A stretch of 32,903 nucleotides of DNA from Octopus bimaculoides (GCF_001194135.2 NC_068981.1:5146747-5179649); one strand, 5' to 3'; positions 1-10,386 are shown, counted from the first letter of the stretch. The notes: generated by a model not told the origin, from the sequence alone. Made by a program: numbers and translations.

Positions 1-31
<31 letters not shown>
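1..31. repeat. (TA)n microsatellite
   Basis: Pure TA dinucleotide run at the window start. Confidence 0.95.
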
Positions 32-33
<2 letters not shown>

Positions 34-1000
34 ATGCTACCGATGCTCCAGCATGGACCAGTGTGTATATAAAGTTTCAGTAAATATCGTGCGCGCGCGA
101 GCGCGTGTGTGTGCATCTATGTTGCATAGTAGTGTTGCTGATTTCAAACATACGAACTTTGCACTTTCAGCCAAATCGGCCTTCGATACGAGACCAATAT
201 TGAGACGAAATGGGACTAACGACTCTGTGAGTGTGTGTGTGTGTGTGTTCCATTCCTATTTGCTTTGTTTTCCGCCAATGTAGGCGAGTGTACCGAATAC
301 AGAAGTACTCACACAATTTACGCATTTTAGATACACACACACACTATGTATACAAATATATACACGCACAATATTTAAACATATACACACACACGTATAA
401 GCACACACGGCAACGTATTGTTAACTATCGATTTTCTTTGTACAGCTTCACTTCCAAAACACACCAGCACGTGCTCCGAATTTCGTGGTTGGTTGGGGGG
501 TGGGGAAAGAAAAGACAAAGAAGGGAGGAGAAGAAGAAGAAAAGGAGGAGGAAGAGAAGAAGAAGCTCATAATTTCACTAATACGTAGTGTTAGAATAAA
601 AACGCTGGGATTATGTAAGCGGATTATCAGCTGCCGTGTGTATATATCTATATATCTACCTATATATATATATATATATAGGTAGATATATAGATATGAT
701 GTACGCACAAACGCAAATTGTGTATATGCGCAGGTATGAAAGAACGCAAGAATGAAATTCCTTATTTTTACTCATCATAAACAGATCGTAGACACCTTTC
801 GAAATAGAGTGCAGGCTGTTTTTGTTCGTCGTTTTAGTAAACAAGCTGACTTAACGCAAAACAAGAACATTCGTTACTACCGAACACCCCACCACCACCA
901 CCACCATCTCGAACGTTATAATAAACGACAATGACAATCGCAGCAGCAGCAGTAGTAGTAATAGTAGTAGTAGTAGTAGTAGTAGTTGTAGTAGTAGTAG

Positions 1001-1214
1001 TTTCTACTATAGGCACAAGGCCTGAAATTTGTGGGGAGGTAACTAGTCGATTACAGCGACTCCAGTGCGTAACTGGTATTTAGTTTATCGATCTCGAAAG
1101 ACTGAAAGGCAAAGTCGACCCCGGCGGCATTTGAACTCGGAACATGAAGACAGATGAAATACCACTGAGTATTTCGCCCGGCGTGCTAACGACTCAGCCA
1201 GCTCGCCGCCTTAG
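1001..1214 (-). mobile_element. tRNA-derived SINE, family B, with (ACT)n tail at ~940-1000
   Basis: Minus strand reads gctaaggcggcgagctggctgagtcgttagc (A-box-like) ... ccgagttcaaatgcc (B-box-like) ... ggtcgactttgcctttcagtctttcgagatcgataaa ... ccagttacgcactggagtcg. Homologous copies at 7062-7263, 20048-20275 and 3320-3411. Confidence 0.8.
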
Positions 1215-1227
1215 CAATAATAATAAT

Positions 1228-1261
<34 letters not shown>

Positions 1262-1723
1262 CTCAGAGAGCGCAAACCTCCGCCAGGGCAACACCAACGT
1301 CTTCTCAACGAGGAACCGTACAAGATCTTGTCTCAACCTCAAATGGGGTCAACCATTGATAGAGTCACAAGTTTGTGAACAATGGGCGATGATAATTGCA
1401 GATTCCCAACGAGTCAATAACTACATTTGCAGTAGCAACAGTGATAGGGGATTGTTTGTATAATTGAGGCGGAACAAATATCAGTAGGGACTTTGATTGT
1501 CAGTTTTCTGGCTAAATGTTTTCCTCCTTCACTGAAACTTTACTCCAGATCACAATCACTCTGGAAAATCTTTCATTCCAGATCACAATTTCCTGTCTGG
1601 ACACTATTTATTCCAGAAGACCATCCTTCTGGAATTTCTTATGTAGTTCTACTGATACCCTTAAAAGGTAACTGTCACAAAACGCCTCTCACCAAATGTC
1701 TGCTCGATCGGGTTTAACTAGAG

Positions 1724-1962
1724 CAGTGATTCTCGACCATTTTTTGCCCATGGAACCCTTTCTTTCGGTTTTTTTTTGCCACTGGACTTTCATAGCCGTT
1801 TGATGTAATTTCAGTTAGAATTAAATGTTATTCGAAATCGTATAAATTTTTTTTTTTAATATTGTATTGTAGATGTATAACCAATTTATTGTAGATGTAT
1901 AACCAATTTATTGCAGATAAATTTTAGCAAAATTTTATACGGCCCCTGGTTGAGAACCACTG
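1724..1962. mobile_element. hAT (Charlie-like) MITE
   Basis: TIRs cagtgattctcgacca / tggttgagaaccactg; 8-bp TSD aactagag / aactggag (7/8); internal 22-bp tandem duplication attgtagatgtataaccaattt at 1866-1909. Confidence 0.85.
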
Positions 1963-2288
1963 AACTGGAGGGTTACGAAACGACAAGAAATGGAAAAACA
2001 AAAGTAAATCCTCCATGTTTTTTCTGATAGACACTAAGTTACATTCCTTGACCTGTTCAACACAAGAGCTGAGTGGGTGGGGGTGAGTAGGGTGAGAGAG
2101 ATTCAGTGAAGTAATGAATGGTAAGTCATGCAGAAAACTTACTGAACTTTCAATGATCATGAATCAGCCATTTAGATAGATGGGTAGGTCAGCGGATAGG
2201 GAGATAGTACGAGGGTGTAGTACTATACCAAGGTAACTTACATGGATGTATGCATGTGTGTGAGAGAAAACATTGAGAATATAGTAAT

Positions 2289-2425
2289 ATATTTGTCCTC
2301 ATCTTGTTTGTTGTTAGCACACCATTTCGGCTGATATACCCACCAGCCTACATCAGGTGTCTTGGAGAAATTTCGAGCCTGGGTTCTCATTCCTAGGGGA
2401 TTTTTCGATATTGTTGTTGTTGTTG

Positions 2426-2461
<36 letters not shown>

Positions 2462-2524
2462 TCACTGCCTGGAATTGAACTCGGAATCTTGGGGTTAGTA
2501 GCCTGCGCCCTTAACCACTACGCC
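2289..2524 (-). mobile_element. tRNA-headed SINE-like element whose 3' part is a PLE-type terminal repeat containing a hammerhead motif
   Basis: Minus strand: ggcgtagtggttaagggcgc (A box) ... gagttcaattcc (B box), then an (AAT)n(AAC)n linker, then ccaagacacctgatgtaggctggtgggtatatcagccgaaatggtgtgctaacaacaaacaagatgaggacaaatat, which aligns to 30363-30440 beside the PLE RT. Confidence 0.75.
2317..2361 (-). ncRNA. Degenerate type I hammerhead ribozyme motif
   Basis: gacac-CTGATGT-aggctg-gtgggtatat-cagcc-GAAA-tggt-gtgct. Stem II ggctg/cagcc is intact; the A9 position and stem III are mutated relative to the 30367 copy. Confidence 0.6.
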
Positions 2525-3319
2525 AGATGAGGACAAATATCCGTCAAATGTAAATAATGTATAAAATTGAGTATGTTGGGCATTTCTAATACCAATATTC
2601 TTTAAGTTTCTTCATGTAATCTATCGAAAGTCCTCCCTAGCATTTCTGTAGAACTTATATAAGTTTCAGTTCAGTTCGAAAGTCCACCGGAATTTTTCTC
2701 GATAGTTCTGCGATCTGCGATTGCTGACTCCGGGTTCTTTCGTCTCCATGGCGTATGTAGAGTCATCTTCCCACGTGGTTGTATTTCACTGTTGGATTAC
2801 TGCTACGATCTTTTCAAAAGAGGTTTTTTTTTTTCGCATTTACTCAAAGATGATAACCATCTCTTTTACCAGGTTTGTATTAATGGCAAAAATTATCGGG
2901 GATAGTGTTTATTATCCGGGAGAATGAATAGTCCTCTCTGCCAACGTGCCTGCATTCGATGCCACGGTGTAATTATCGCGTATGTATACATATAGGTATG
3001 TATATATGTAAAAGAGACAGTCATTTTCTTCCTTCATGGTGCGTCGATTCTGGAGAATTCTTGTTTCTTGAAATTATCTCCCCTTATACCAGTGGGGATC
3101 GAATGGGTGTTGTGTCTTCACTGGGAACAAAGATGATTTCAATAAACGAAAAATTTCTTTTGTATGGTATTAGACATACCTTTACTCGTCTGTTGCTTAT
3201 ATACATGACCCTGGTCACGCAGTTATTTCTGAGTTTCTTTCGACACTACACAGAGAATATTATATACAAGAAGGGAAAGTGCGTGCGTGTGGACAAAGTG
3301 ACAGACGTCCGGTTGATGT

Positions 3320-3411
3320 TTGCTTCGCGGTGTCCTGGTTCTCTACGTTCTGAGTTCAAACCCTGCCAAGGCCAGCTTGGCTGTCGGGGTCGATAAAATA
3401 ATGTACCAGTC
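3320..3411 (+). mobile_element. Family B SINE fragment (degenerate)
   Basis: ctctacgttctgagttcaaaccctgcc ... tcggggtcgataaaataatgtaccagt matches the family B B-box and central domain. Confidence 0.6.
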
Positions 3412-3483
3412 ATGGAGAAGGATGGAAGGTATCGATTCCCATTCCACGCCTCAAAATTTCTGGATTTGTATTTAAATTAGAAT

Positions 3484-3520
<37 letters not shown>

Positions 3521-3661
3521 GTATAAGGACTCAACTTCGGAAAGTTGAACTATGAACTTTTATGCTTCTTTTTTCTTTTCACTTTCCATCTCATTCTTTT
3601 ACTCCCATCCTCTATGTCGTCATCTTATTAATATATATACCATTCTCATTTTCTCTATTTG

Positions 3662-3698
3662 TCTCTGGTGACAGAATATCCCAGAAACAGCTGTAAGA
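3662..3698 (+). ncRNA. Inactivated hammerhead remnant, same family as 13394-13441
   Basis: tct-CTGGTGA-cagaatatccc-a-GAAA-c-agct-g-TA-aga. Shares aatatcccagaaacagctgtaaga with the 13.4-kb copy; the core has an A-to-G change and the 5' strand of stem II is lost. Confidence 0.6.
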
Positions 3699-3761
3699 TT
3701 TTGAATTTCTTCCTATACTAATATTGTATACGACTTGAGATGCTTGCTGTCCTGTTTAACT

Positions 3762-4499
3762 NNNNNNNNNNNNNNNNNNNNNNNNNNNNNNNNNNNNNNN
3801 NNNNNNNNNNNNNNNNNNNNNNNNNNNNNNNNNNNNNNNNNNNNNNNNNNNNNNNNNNNNNNNNNNNNNNNNNNNNNNNNNNNNNNNNNNNNNNNNNNNN
3901 NNNNNNNNNNNNNNNNNNNNNNNNNNNNNNNNNNNNNNNNNNNNNNNNNNNNNNNNNNNNNNNNNNNNNNNNNNNNNNNNNNNNNNNNNNNNNNNNNNNN
4001 NNNNNNNNNNNNNNNNNNNNNNNNNNNNNNNNNNNNNNNNNNNNNNNNNNNNNNNNNNNNNNNNNNNNNNNNNNNNNNNNNNNNNNNNNNNNNNNNNNNN
4101 NNNNNNNNNNNNNNNNNNNNNNNNNNNNNNNNNNNNNNNNNNNNNNNNNNNNNNNNNNNNNNNNNNNNNNNNNNNNNNNNNNNNNNNNNNNNNNNNNNNN
4201 NNNNNNNNNNNNNNNNNNNNNNNNNNNNNNNNNNNNNNNNNNNNNNNNNNNNNNNNNNNNNNNNNNNNNNNNNNNNNNNNNNNNNNNNNNNNNNNNNNNN
4301 NNNNNNNNNNNNNNNNNNNNNNNNNNNNNNNNNNNNNNNNNNNNNNNNNNNNNNNNNNNNNNNNNNNNNNNNNNNNNNNNNNNNNNNNNNNNNNNNNNNN
4401 NNNNNNNNNNNNNNNNNNNNNNNNNNNNNNNNNNNNNNNNNNNNNNNNNNNNNNNNNNNNNNNNNNNNNNNNNNNNNNNNNNNNNNNNNNNNNNNNNNN
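3762..4499. other. Assembly gap (N run)
   Basis: Run of n. The other gaps are 8713-8865, 11291-11860, 12928-13240, 18395-18838, 20338-20543, 25838-26410 and 28097-28240. Confidence 0.99.
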
Positions 4500-5668
4500 T
4501 TGCAAAAAGAAAATTAAATATGAGAAACAAAAGTAGAATATTTGTGGTGACCTAAGGGTTGTTGCATTTTTACTTGGAATGCAGCTGGGTTACACTAAGT
4601 TTTGTTGCTTTCTCTGAAAGTGAAAACAGTCGGGATAAGAAAAATCATTATGAAAAGAATGTGTAGCCGAAACGATCTCTGACTCCTGGACAGAACAATG
4701 TCATCAATTCTCCCATTGTTGCTTCTAAGAAAATGTGTCTGCCTCCTTTGCATATTAAGCTAGGGTTGATGAAGAATTTCGTCAAAGGTATGGATAGAAC
4801 TGGCAAGGGATTCACGTATTTGAAAACTAAATTCCCAAGAGTAAGTGACGCAAAAATCAAGACGGGTATTTTTGTTGGGCCACAGATTAGGGAGCTGATG
4901 AGAGACCGAAAGTTGCATGAAGAGCTCAATGATGTTGAAAAAGTTGCGTAGTTGTCATTTAAGAAAGTTTGCAGAATGTTTTGGGGGAATCACAGAGCAG
5001 CTACTGACATCATAGAAGGCCTTGGGATGCAATCTGAACCGAAACATCCACTTCTTGAACTCTCACTTGGACTTTTCCCCTGCAAATCTTGGGGCTGTCA
5101 GTGACGAGCATAGCAAGAGGTTTCACCAGGGCATTCTCAACATGGAAACCTAGTACCAAAGAAAGTGGAGCTCTTCTATGTTGGTTGGTTAGGGTTGGTG
5201 ACTGAAAAGGGACGTTCCAGAAGCTAAATACAGTCGAAAATCACACGACTCGACATTTTAAAGGTAAGTTTCCTTGTAATATGAGCCTGGTTGACCCCTT
5301 ATTAAACTATTTTCCTTAGTCATGAATTCCATGAATTCAAAACTTCATGAAATACAATTGTTTCACAATTTACATATACTACCACAGAAAAAACTATGAC
5401 TTCTAGAAAGAATCTGAAAACATTAGGTTCACCTACTTTTGTTTGCGGGACAGAATTTTTCATTAATTCTGTTGACCAGTTATAATTGCCAGCCTTATTT
5501 CTGCATTAATTATAGTACATTTATTGTATAATTTAATTACTGTCACATAAAAACCATGCCTGATAGAAAAATTCTAAAAACAGATTTGAAATCTGCATTA
5601 AAAGTATTATAAATTTTACTTTCTTTAGTTCATGGGTCAGCAAAAAGTTCTAATTTTATTGACCAGTG
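4500..5668 (+). mobile_element. Chapaev3-like transposon, right portion with TIR ending ttgaccagtg
   Basis: The terminus ...attgaccagtg (reverse complement cactggtcaat) is followed by taa, consistent with CAC...GTG ends and a TWA target. A subterminal ttgaccag copy lies at ~5472. The left end is lost in or before the gap. Confidence 0.65.
4501..5260 (+). pseudogene. Decayed Chapaev3-type (CMC) DNA transposase, C-terminal half
   Basis: Manual translation across stops and frameshifts: NICGDLRVVAFLLGMQLGYTKFCCFL ... SLTPGQNNVINSPIV ... LPPLHIKLGLMKNFVKGMD ... GIFVGPQIRELM ... IHFLNSHLDFSPANLGAVSDEHSKRFHQGI ... LKRDVPEAKYSRKS. These motifs match the Chapaev3 transposase as recalled. Confidence 0.75.
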
Positions 5669-6597
5669 TAATTTTCGTATACGTGATTCAGCATGCTGAC
5701 TGATGTAAATAATTTCACCAGCTATCGAAACGATCGTAACTAAATAACTGTGCTAACTGATAATGACACCTATATAGCCTTCTGAACGTTATATAAGATG
5801 GGCAGGCAGCTGTAAATTGCATCAAAGCATTTATAAAATAGTTATATACAAGAGTATTAAAATAGTTGAGCTAATTCTTTGTTCCTTTGATCCTGTCTTC
5901 CTTCCTTCGGCGTTAGATTTTAAGTATCTAGTATGCTCAACTATTGACTGTATAATACGTTTCATAATTTTTTTCCCCTGTATTCTTTCCTATCGTGTGT
6001 GCGTGCGCGCGCATCCATCCATTCCGCCGTGACTAGCTGAGGTGTCTACGTCACGATGACCAACACATTTTTCTCCTCCCTTAAACAACTTTAACAGATA
6101 AACGACAAATTCTGTGTAAAGCAAACGGAACACTAAACTACACAATAACCCAACAGAAAATCACGTGAACCCACTGGAAAGATAAACCAATTGATTTGCT
6201 ATTGATCATGTGTTGTAATGTGCGAAACAGTCACCATGCAGCAGCAAATACTGTTGCCATAGATACGTTTTATATATACGTATCGTTATGTTTTAAGACT
6301 ATAACAACAACAACAACAGTTGATACTCATATAATTACAGCCGTTAACGAAGAGTTATAGTTCTTGCTCATTCTCCATTCAGGTTTTGGATTTCACTCAA
6401 TAGATGTTAATATAGTCAAATGGACAGCCATTTCGTTTCATTCATGGCTTGTGGTCGTTGTTTGCAGTGACTGAACAAACCAAGTTTATAGTCATTATTA
6501 ATTATTATTATTGTTGTTGTTATTACTGAAGCAGTTTCTATGCTTTGGATAGTGGTTATTTACATCAAGATTTCACTGGATTTTTGTACACAGTATG

Positions 6598-6598
<1 letters not shown>

Positions 6599-6652
<54 letters not shown>
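6599..6652. repeat. (TG)n microsatellite
   Basis: Long pure TG run. Confidence 0.95.
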
Positions 6653-6654
<2 letters not shown>

Positions 6655-6735
6655 GAAAGAGGATTTGAAGATGCAGAGGTCTTTTAAAGATATTTATTGA
6701 CTTGACCGGTTTCACTTTTTAAAAAAAAGATTTAA

Positions 6736-6889
6736 GGCTTTGTGTAGCCTTTGTTGTATTAAAAAATGGTTATTAAAACACAGTGATACAGTCTTTGACA
6801 ATCATAAGAAAATGTTAAGAAATTGTCAAAGACTGTATCACTGTATCTATGATAGCCATTCTTTAACACCACAAAGGCTACACACAGCC
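6736..6889. mobile_element. Palindromic MITE, Kolobok-like termini
   Basis: ~67-bp inverted arms around a 19-nt loop, with a perfect 23-bp inner stem (6780-6802 / 6822-6844). Ends GG...CC are flanked by TTAA and TTAC. Confidence 0.55.
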
Positions 6890-7061
6890 TTACATTATAC
6901 TTTTGGATTTTCCCACCCCCTCTTTGTCTCTCTCTGACCCCGGACCAGCTGAACCTTCCCCTTGCCCCTAGCTTTTCGCTTCATGACCCCACAATTTGGT
7001 GCTGGCAGTTATTCCTATTCAAGTTGCAAATATTTCTGATCATCACCATCATCATATATAT

Positions 7062-7263
7062 TGGTTTCAAATTTTGGCACAAGGCCAGCAATTTCTGGGG
7101 AAAGGGTAAGTCGATTACATCGACCCCAGTGCTCAGCTGGTACTTATTTTATCGACTCCGAAAGGATGAATTGCGGAATTTGAACGCAGAACGTCAAGTC
7201 AGAAGAAATGCTGTGAAGCGTTTTTTCTTTTGCGCTAGCGATTCTACCAGCTCACCGCCCTCA
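7062..7263 (-). mobile_element. Family B SINE with internal deletion
   Basis: Minus strand reads gagggcggtgagctggtagaatcgctagcgc ... gttcaaattccgc ... cggagtcgataaaataagtaccagctgagcactggggtcgatgtaatcgact. Confidence 0.8.
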
Positions 7264-7744
7264 CCGCAATATATATTGTCTGCTATTCTTATTCCGTTGA
7301 AATTTTCATTCTTCCATAAGAGTTCTACAGAATTCCAGTCACCTTTATTTTTCTGTTCCTCGACACCGCCTCACAGCCATTTTCTTCTCGACGGCTTTTT
7401 TGTTATTGTTGCATGAAGACTGGCTTTCTACTGAATTCTGTAGCATCAGGCGGCTGCAGATTTTGGTGCGACAGCGATGGAATCTTGAACTTTACCGTCC
7501 ATATTTACAGTGACCCACAAGAGATAGCAGCTAAATCTCCCTCAAATTACACCCTACAATATTTTAAAAAATGTACAAATATGATATATATCGGACTACA
7601 TTGTATAATCACTTTTTTTAAAAGTTATCGCTATAGATTTTCTATAGAAATTAGATCCAGTGCTGAGAGTTAGGACGTTTCATATACGAATACGTCTATG
7701 TAAACAATGCGATTGAAGATAGAAAAATAGGTAATGGATGTATA

Positions 7745-7780
7745 TACATGTTTCAAGAGTTCTTGATCCTTCATCAGTGC
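7745..7780 (-). ncRNA. Minimal type I hammerhead ribozyme motif (PLE type)
   Basis: gca-CTGATGA-agga-tcaagaac-tctt-GAAA-c-at-g-TA-ta. Stem III is the palindrome acatgt with a GUA cleavage triplet; stem II is weak. Confidence 0.65.
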
Positions 7781-7910
7781 CACATCCAACCCATTAATCA
7801 TCCACGAAACTTGTTGCTTAAATGAACCACTAAGTTTAATGGTGTAACACAACTGGATATGTCAGTTTTACATATTAAACACATTCCAGGCAATTAATGG
7901 GTTGGATATG

Positions 7911-7950
7911 ATGCTGAAGAAGGGAGCAAAAACTCCCGAAACATGTATAT
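7911..7950 (+). ncRNA. Minimal type I hammerhead ribozyme motif (PLE type), best-preserved copy
   Basis: atg-CTGAAGA-a-gggag-caaaaa-ctccc-GAAA-c-at-g-TA-tat. Intact core, 5-bp stem II, palindromic stem III, GUA site, and a 3-bp stem I extendable by aatggg/cccatt. Confidence 0.8.
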
Positions 7951-8400
7951 ACACCCATTACCTAATTTTTTTATATTCGATCGCATTGTTTACATAGATG
8001 TATTCGTATACAAAACATCATAACTTTCAGTACTGGCTCTAAATTATATCGAAAAATCTGTAGAGATACACTTTAAAAAGTGATTGAATCGAATTACTAA
8101 CACATGGGATACAGTATTGATTTATAAGCCTTTAATATACTTGGGAGTATATCGTGGTTGCAGAACGAAATATGTTGGCCCTACCAGCGATTATGCTTTA
8201 TATCGTATCTAAATAGAAAGAAACTGGATGATCATGGCTGGAATTCTTTGATCATATATCTGCTCAATCGCGACTGACGCAGGGCTAAACAACAACATTC
8301 ATGAAATAGCATGTTGCAGAGTCTTTCTCAGCAACCATATATATCCAAATAATATTCACAGCACAGCACACACACACACACACACACAAACACATATGTG

Positions 8401-8707
8401 GGCGATCTTGCGGTACGAGTCCTAAATGTCGGCCTTTTCTGTAAAAAGTGTCTTCGGCGATCTTTACCAAAGATCGGCCTTTTCCGTAACACCCGCACGA
8501 TCTTCACTACGGTGTTAGAGTTAAGGTTATGGACGGAATTCCCTAACCCAAAACCTAAAACCTAAACCCTAAAACCGAAACCCCAAACCCTTCAAAATAA
8601 ATCGCGCTGTCTGTATGTCTTTCGCTTTTATGACGTCGTTTCCCTGTTTCTCTCCAACACTTTTTACGGAAAAGGCCGATATTTAGGACTCGTACCGTAA
8701 GATCGCC
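8401..8707. mobile_element. MITE with 51-bp TIRs and internal telomere-like repeats
   Basis: TIRs 8401-8451 and 8657-8707 match at 48/51. The interior has gttagagttaaggtta, then cctaacccaaaacctaaaacctaaaccctaaaaccgaaaccccaaaccc. Confidence 0.85.
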
Positions 8708-8887
8708 ATATANNNNNNNNNNNNNNNNNNNNNNNNNNNNNNNNNNNNNNNNNNNNNNNNNNNNNNNNNNNNNNNNNNNNNNNNNNNNNNNNNNNNNNNN
8801 NNNNNNNNNNNNNNNNNNNNNNNNNNNNNNNNNNNNNNNNNNNNNNNNNNNNNNNNNNNNNNNNNTATATATATATATATATATATA

Positions 8888-9290
8888 GGCGTATGGCTGG
8901 CTGTGTGGTAAGTAGCTTGCTTCCCCCCCCTCCCACATGGTTCCGGGTTCAGTCCCACGACGTGGCACCTTGGGAAATTGTCTTCTACTATAGCCTCGGG
9001 CAACCAAAGCCTTGTGAGTGGATTTGGTAGATGGAAACTGAAAGAAGCCCGTCGTATATATGTGTGTATATGTTTGTGTGTCAGTGTTTGTCCCCCCCCC
9101 AAACATCGCTTGACAACCGATACTGGTGTGTTTACGTCCCCGTAACTTAGCGGCTCGGCAAAGGACACCGATACAGTAAGTACTAGACTAAGAAAGAATA
9201 AAGTCCTGGGGTCGATTTACTTGACTAAAGGCGGTGCTCTAGCATGGCCACAGTCAAATGACTGAAACAAGCAAAAGAGAGTAAAAGAGT
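8888..9290 (+). mobile_element. tRNA-derived SINE, family A (internal microsatellite), full length
   Basis: Head ggctgtgtggtaagtagcttgc...gggttcagtccca (A/B boxes), internal TA/TG linker, 3' half ...ggcggtgctctagcatggccacagtcaaatgactgaaacaag with a taaaagag tail. More than 10 copies or fragments are in the window. Confidence 0.9.
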
Positions 9291-9323
9291 ATATATATAT
9301 ATTATCCACATACTTTACATATA

Positions 9324-9364
<41 letters not shown>

Positions 9365-9911
9365 TGTGTATATTGTTAACCCAACAATAAACTAATAGCG
9401 TAGAGCAGGTTTTAAGTCTATAGACACGAGGGGAAAATCGAAACCTTGGAAATATTCTAGTCGTACTGACAGACAGATCAATGGTTCGATCGATTTACAA
9501 ATCAATAGAATATAACAAGTACAACAAAGAGAGAAAAGACGAGTAGCTCTCTATATAATACTGATAGGTAAATTCAGAGATAATAGATACTATTTTTAAC
9601 TTATTAAGCCAATAAACACATCTTAAACACATGGCTACACTCGATACAGGAAACCTGGTGAACGAGAGAGCGTTTAGTATTCCTTTACTTAAAGACAATC
9701 CTAACTCGTTGTGTGGTTCATGTGTCATTTACGTTGTTTCATGTTCAATCCCCATCGTGTGACACCTTGGGTAAGGGTCTTGGGTGTCTTCTTTCAAGGC
9801 CTGGCGTTGATTTGAACGTTGTGAATGAAATTTGGTTGACAGAAGCTGCGTGAAAGACTGGAGTGGGGGTGGGGGTGGGGGTTCATGCTTGACGGTGTTT
9901 TATGTTTGAAA

Positions 9912-10243
9912 CCCTCCAGCATTCAGATCATTCTGTCCAATGATGATGCTTATTTGTTCGTTGAACGGTAATGAAGTCATAGGGGAAAAAAAGTCACAGT
10001 AATAGTCACAATTTTGGCGAGGAAAAAAAAAGGCAATTAATTTATGGGATCTGGACAAAACCACCCATTAGGATAAACCCCCTAGGACACCCTCCCCCCG
10101 GACAAAACCCCTGTGACTTCTTTTTTTACCTGAATTCATTTATTCACATTGTTGCGTGGTTGTGAGAGTCCAGATCTGGTCAGTTTGAACACAAAACAGG
10201 TGGAATATTTGAACCGGATATGGCCGGTTTCAATGCTAAAGGG
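9912..10243. mobile_element. Possible piggyBac-like MITE, perhaps composite
   Basis: Right end aatgctaaaggg|ttaa; left end ccctccagcatt matches at 10/12, and the left TSD is degraded. Confidence 0.4.
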
Positions 10244-10255
10244 TTAAGATGTGTA

Positions 10256-10386
10256 GGGATGCGTGGCTTAGCGGTTAAGGTGTTGGGCTCAAAGATTATG
10301 AGACTGTGGGTTCGATGCCCGAACTAGGAGACACGTTGTATGCTTGAGCAAGGCACTTCACATCACATTCCCCAGTCTACTCAACA
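10256..10386 (+). mobile_element. tRNA-derived SINE, family C, 5' part
   Basis: gcgtggcttagcggttaagg (A box), gggttcgatgccc (B box), then gttgtatgcttgagcaaggcac. Homologous to 32602-32723. Confidence 0.7.

Larger units (their letters stand above)
7607..8085. repeat. Diverged ~190-bp inverted duplication (7607-7798 / 7893-8085), each arm containing a hammerhead
   Basis: Arms align by eye: catgtatatacatccattacc...atcgcattgtttacatagacgtattcgtata...gtgatt versus catgtatatacacccattacc...atcgcattgtttacatagatgtattcgtata...gtgatt. Confidence 0.85.

Noticed and set aside
231-1016. Short ORFs rich in K/E/R, T, H, YI or CV repeats (also 10340-10748, 14711-14999, 31381-31828)
   Set aside because: They are translations of microsatellites and low-complexity DNA.
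2458-2524. tRNA genes at SINE heads (also 10256, 21660-21741, 32602)
   Set aside because: A and B boxes are present but there is no complete cloverleaf or acceptor stem, and each runs into a repeated SINE body.
3718-4555. Long ORFs of 150-270 aa in the ORF track, here and at all other gaps
   Set aside because: They are runs of X produced by N gaps and have no coding evidence.
6985-7010. ccaca-at-ttggtgctggcag as an LTR end plus primer-binding site
   Set aside because: No second LTR, gag/pol sequence or PPT nearby.
8510-8592. True telomere or chromosome-fusion scar
   Set aside because: The repeats are short, degenerate and enclosed within a MITE's TIRs.
8555-9168. Recurrent similar peptides (PNPLTRL..., PKVPR.GTEP...) in ORFs at 8.6, 12.8, 14.1, 22.9 and 28.0 kb
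   Set aside because: They are antisense translations of family A SINE copies, not a gene family.
10040-10125. ggacaaaacc...ggacaaaacccc repeats resembling Helentron-associated elements
   Set aside because: Only two short motif copies, with no recognisable termini.
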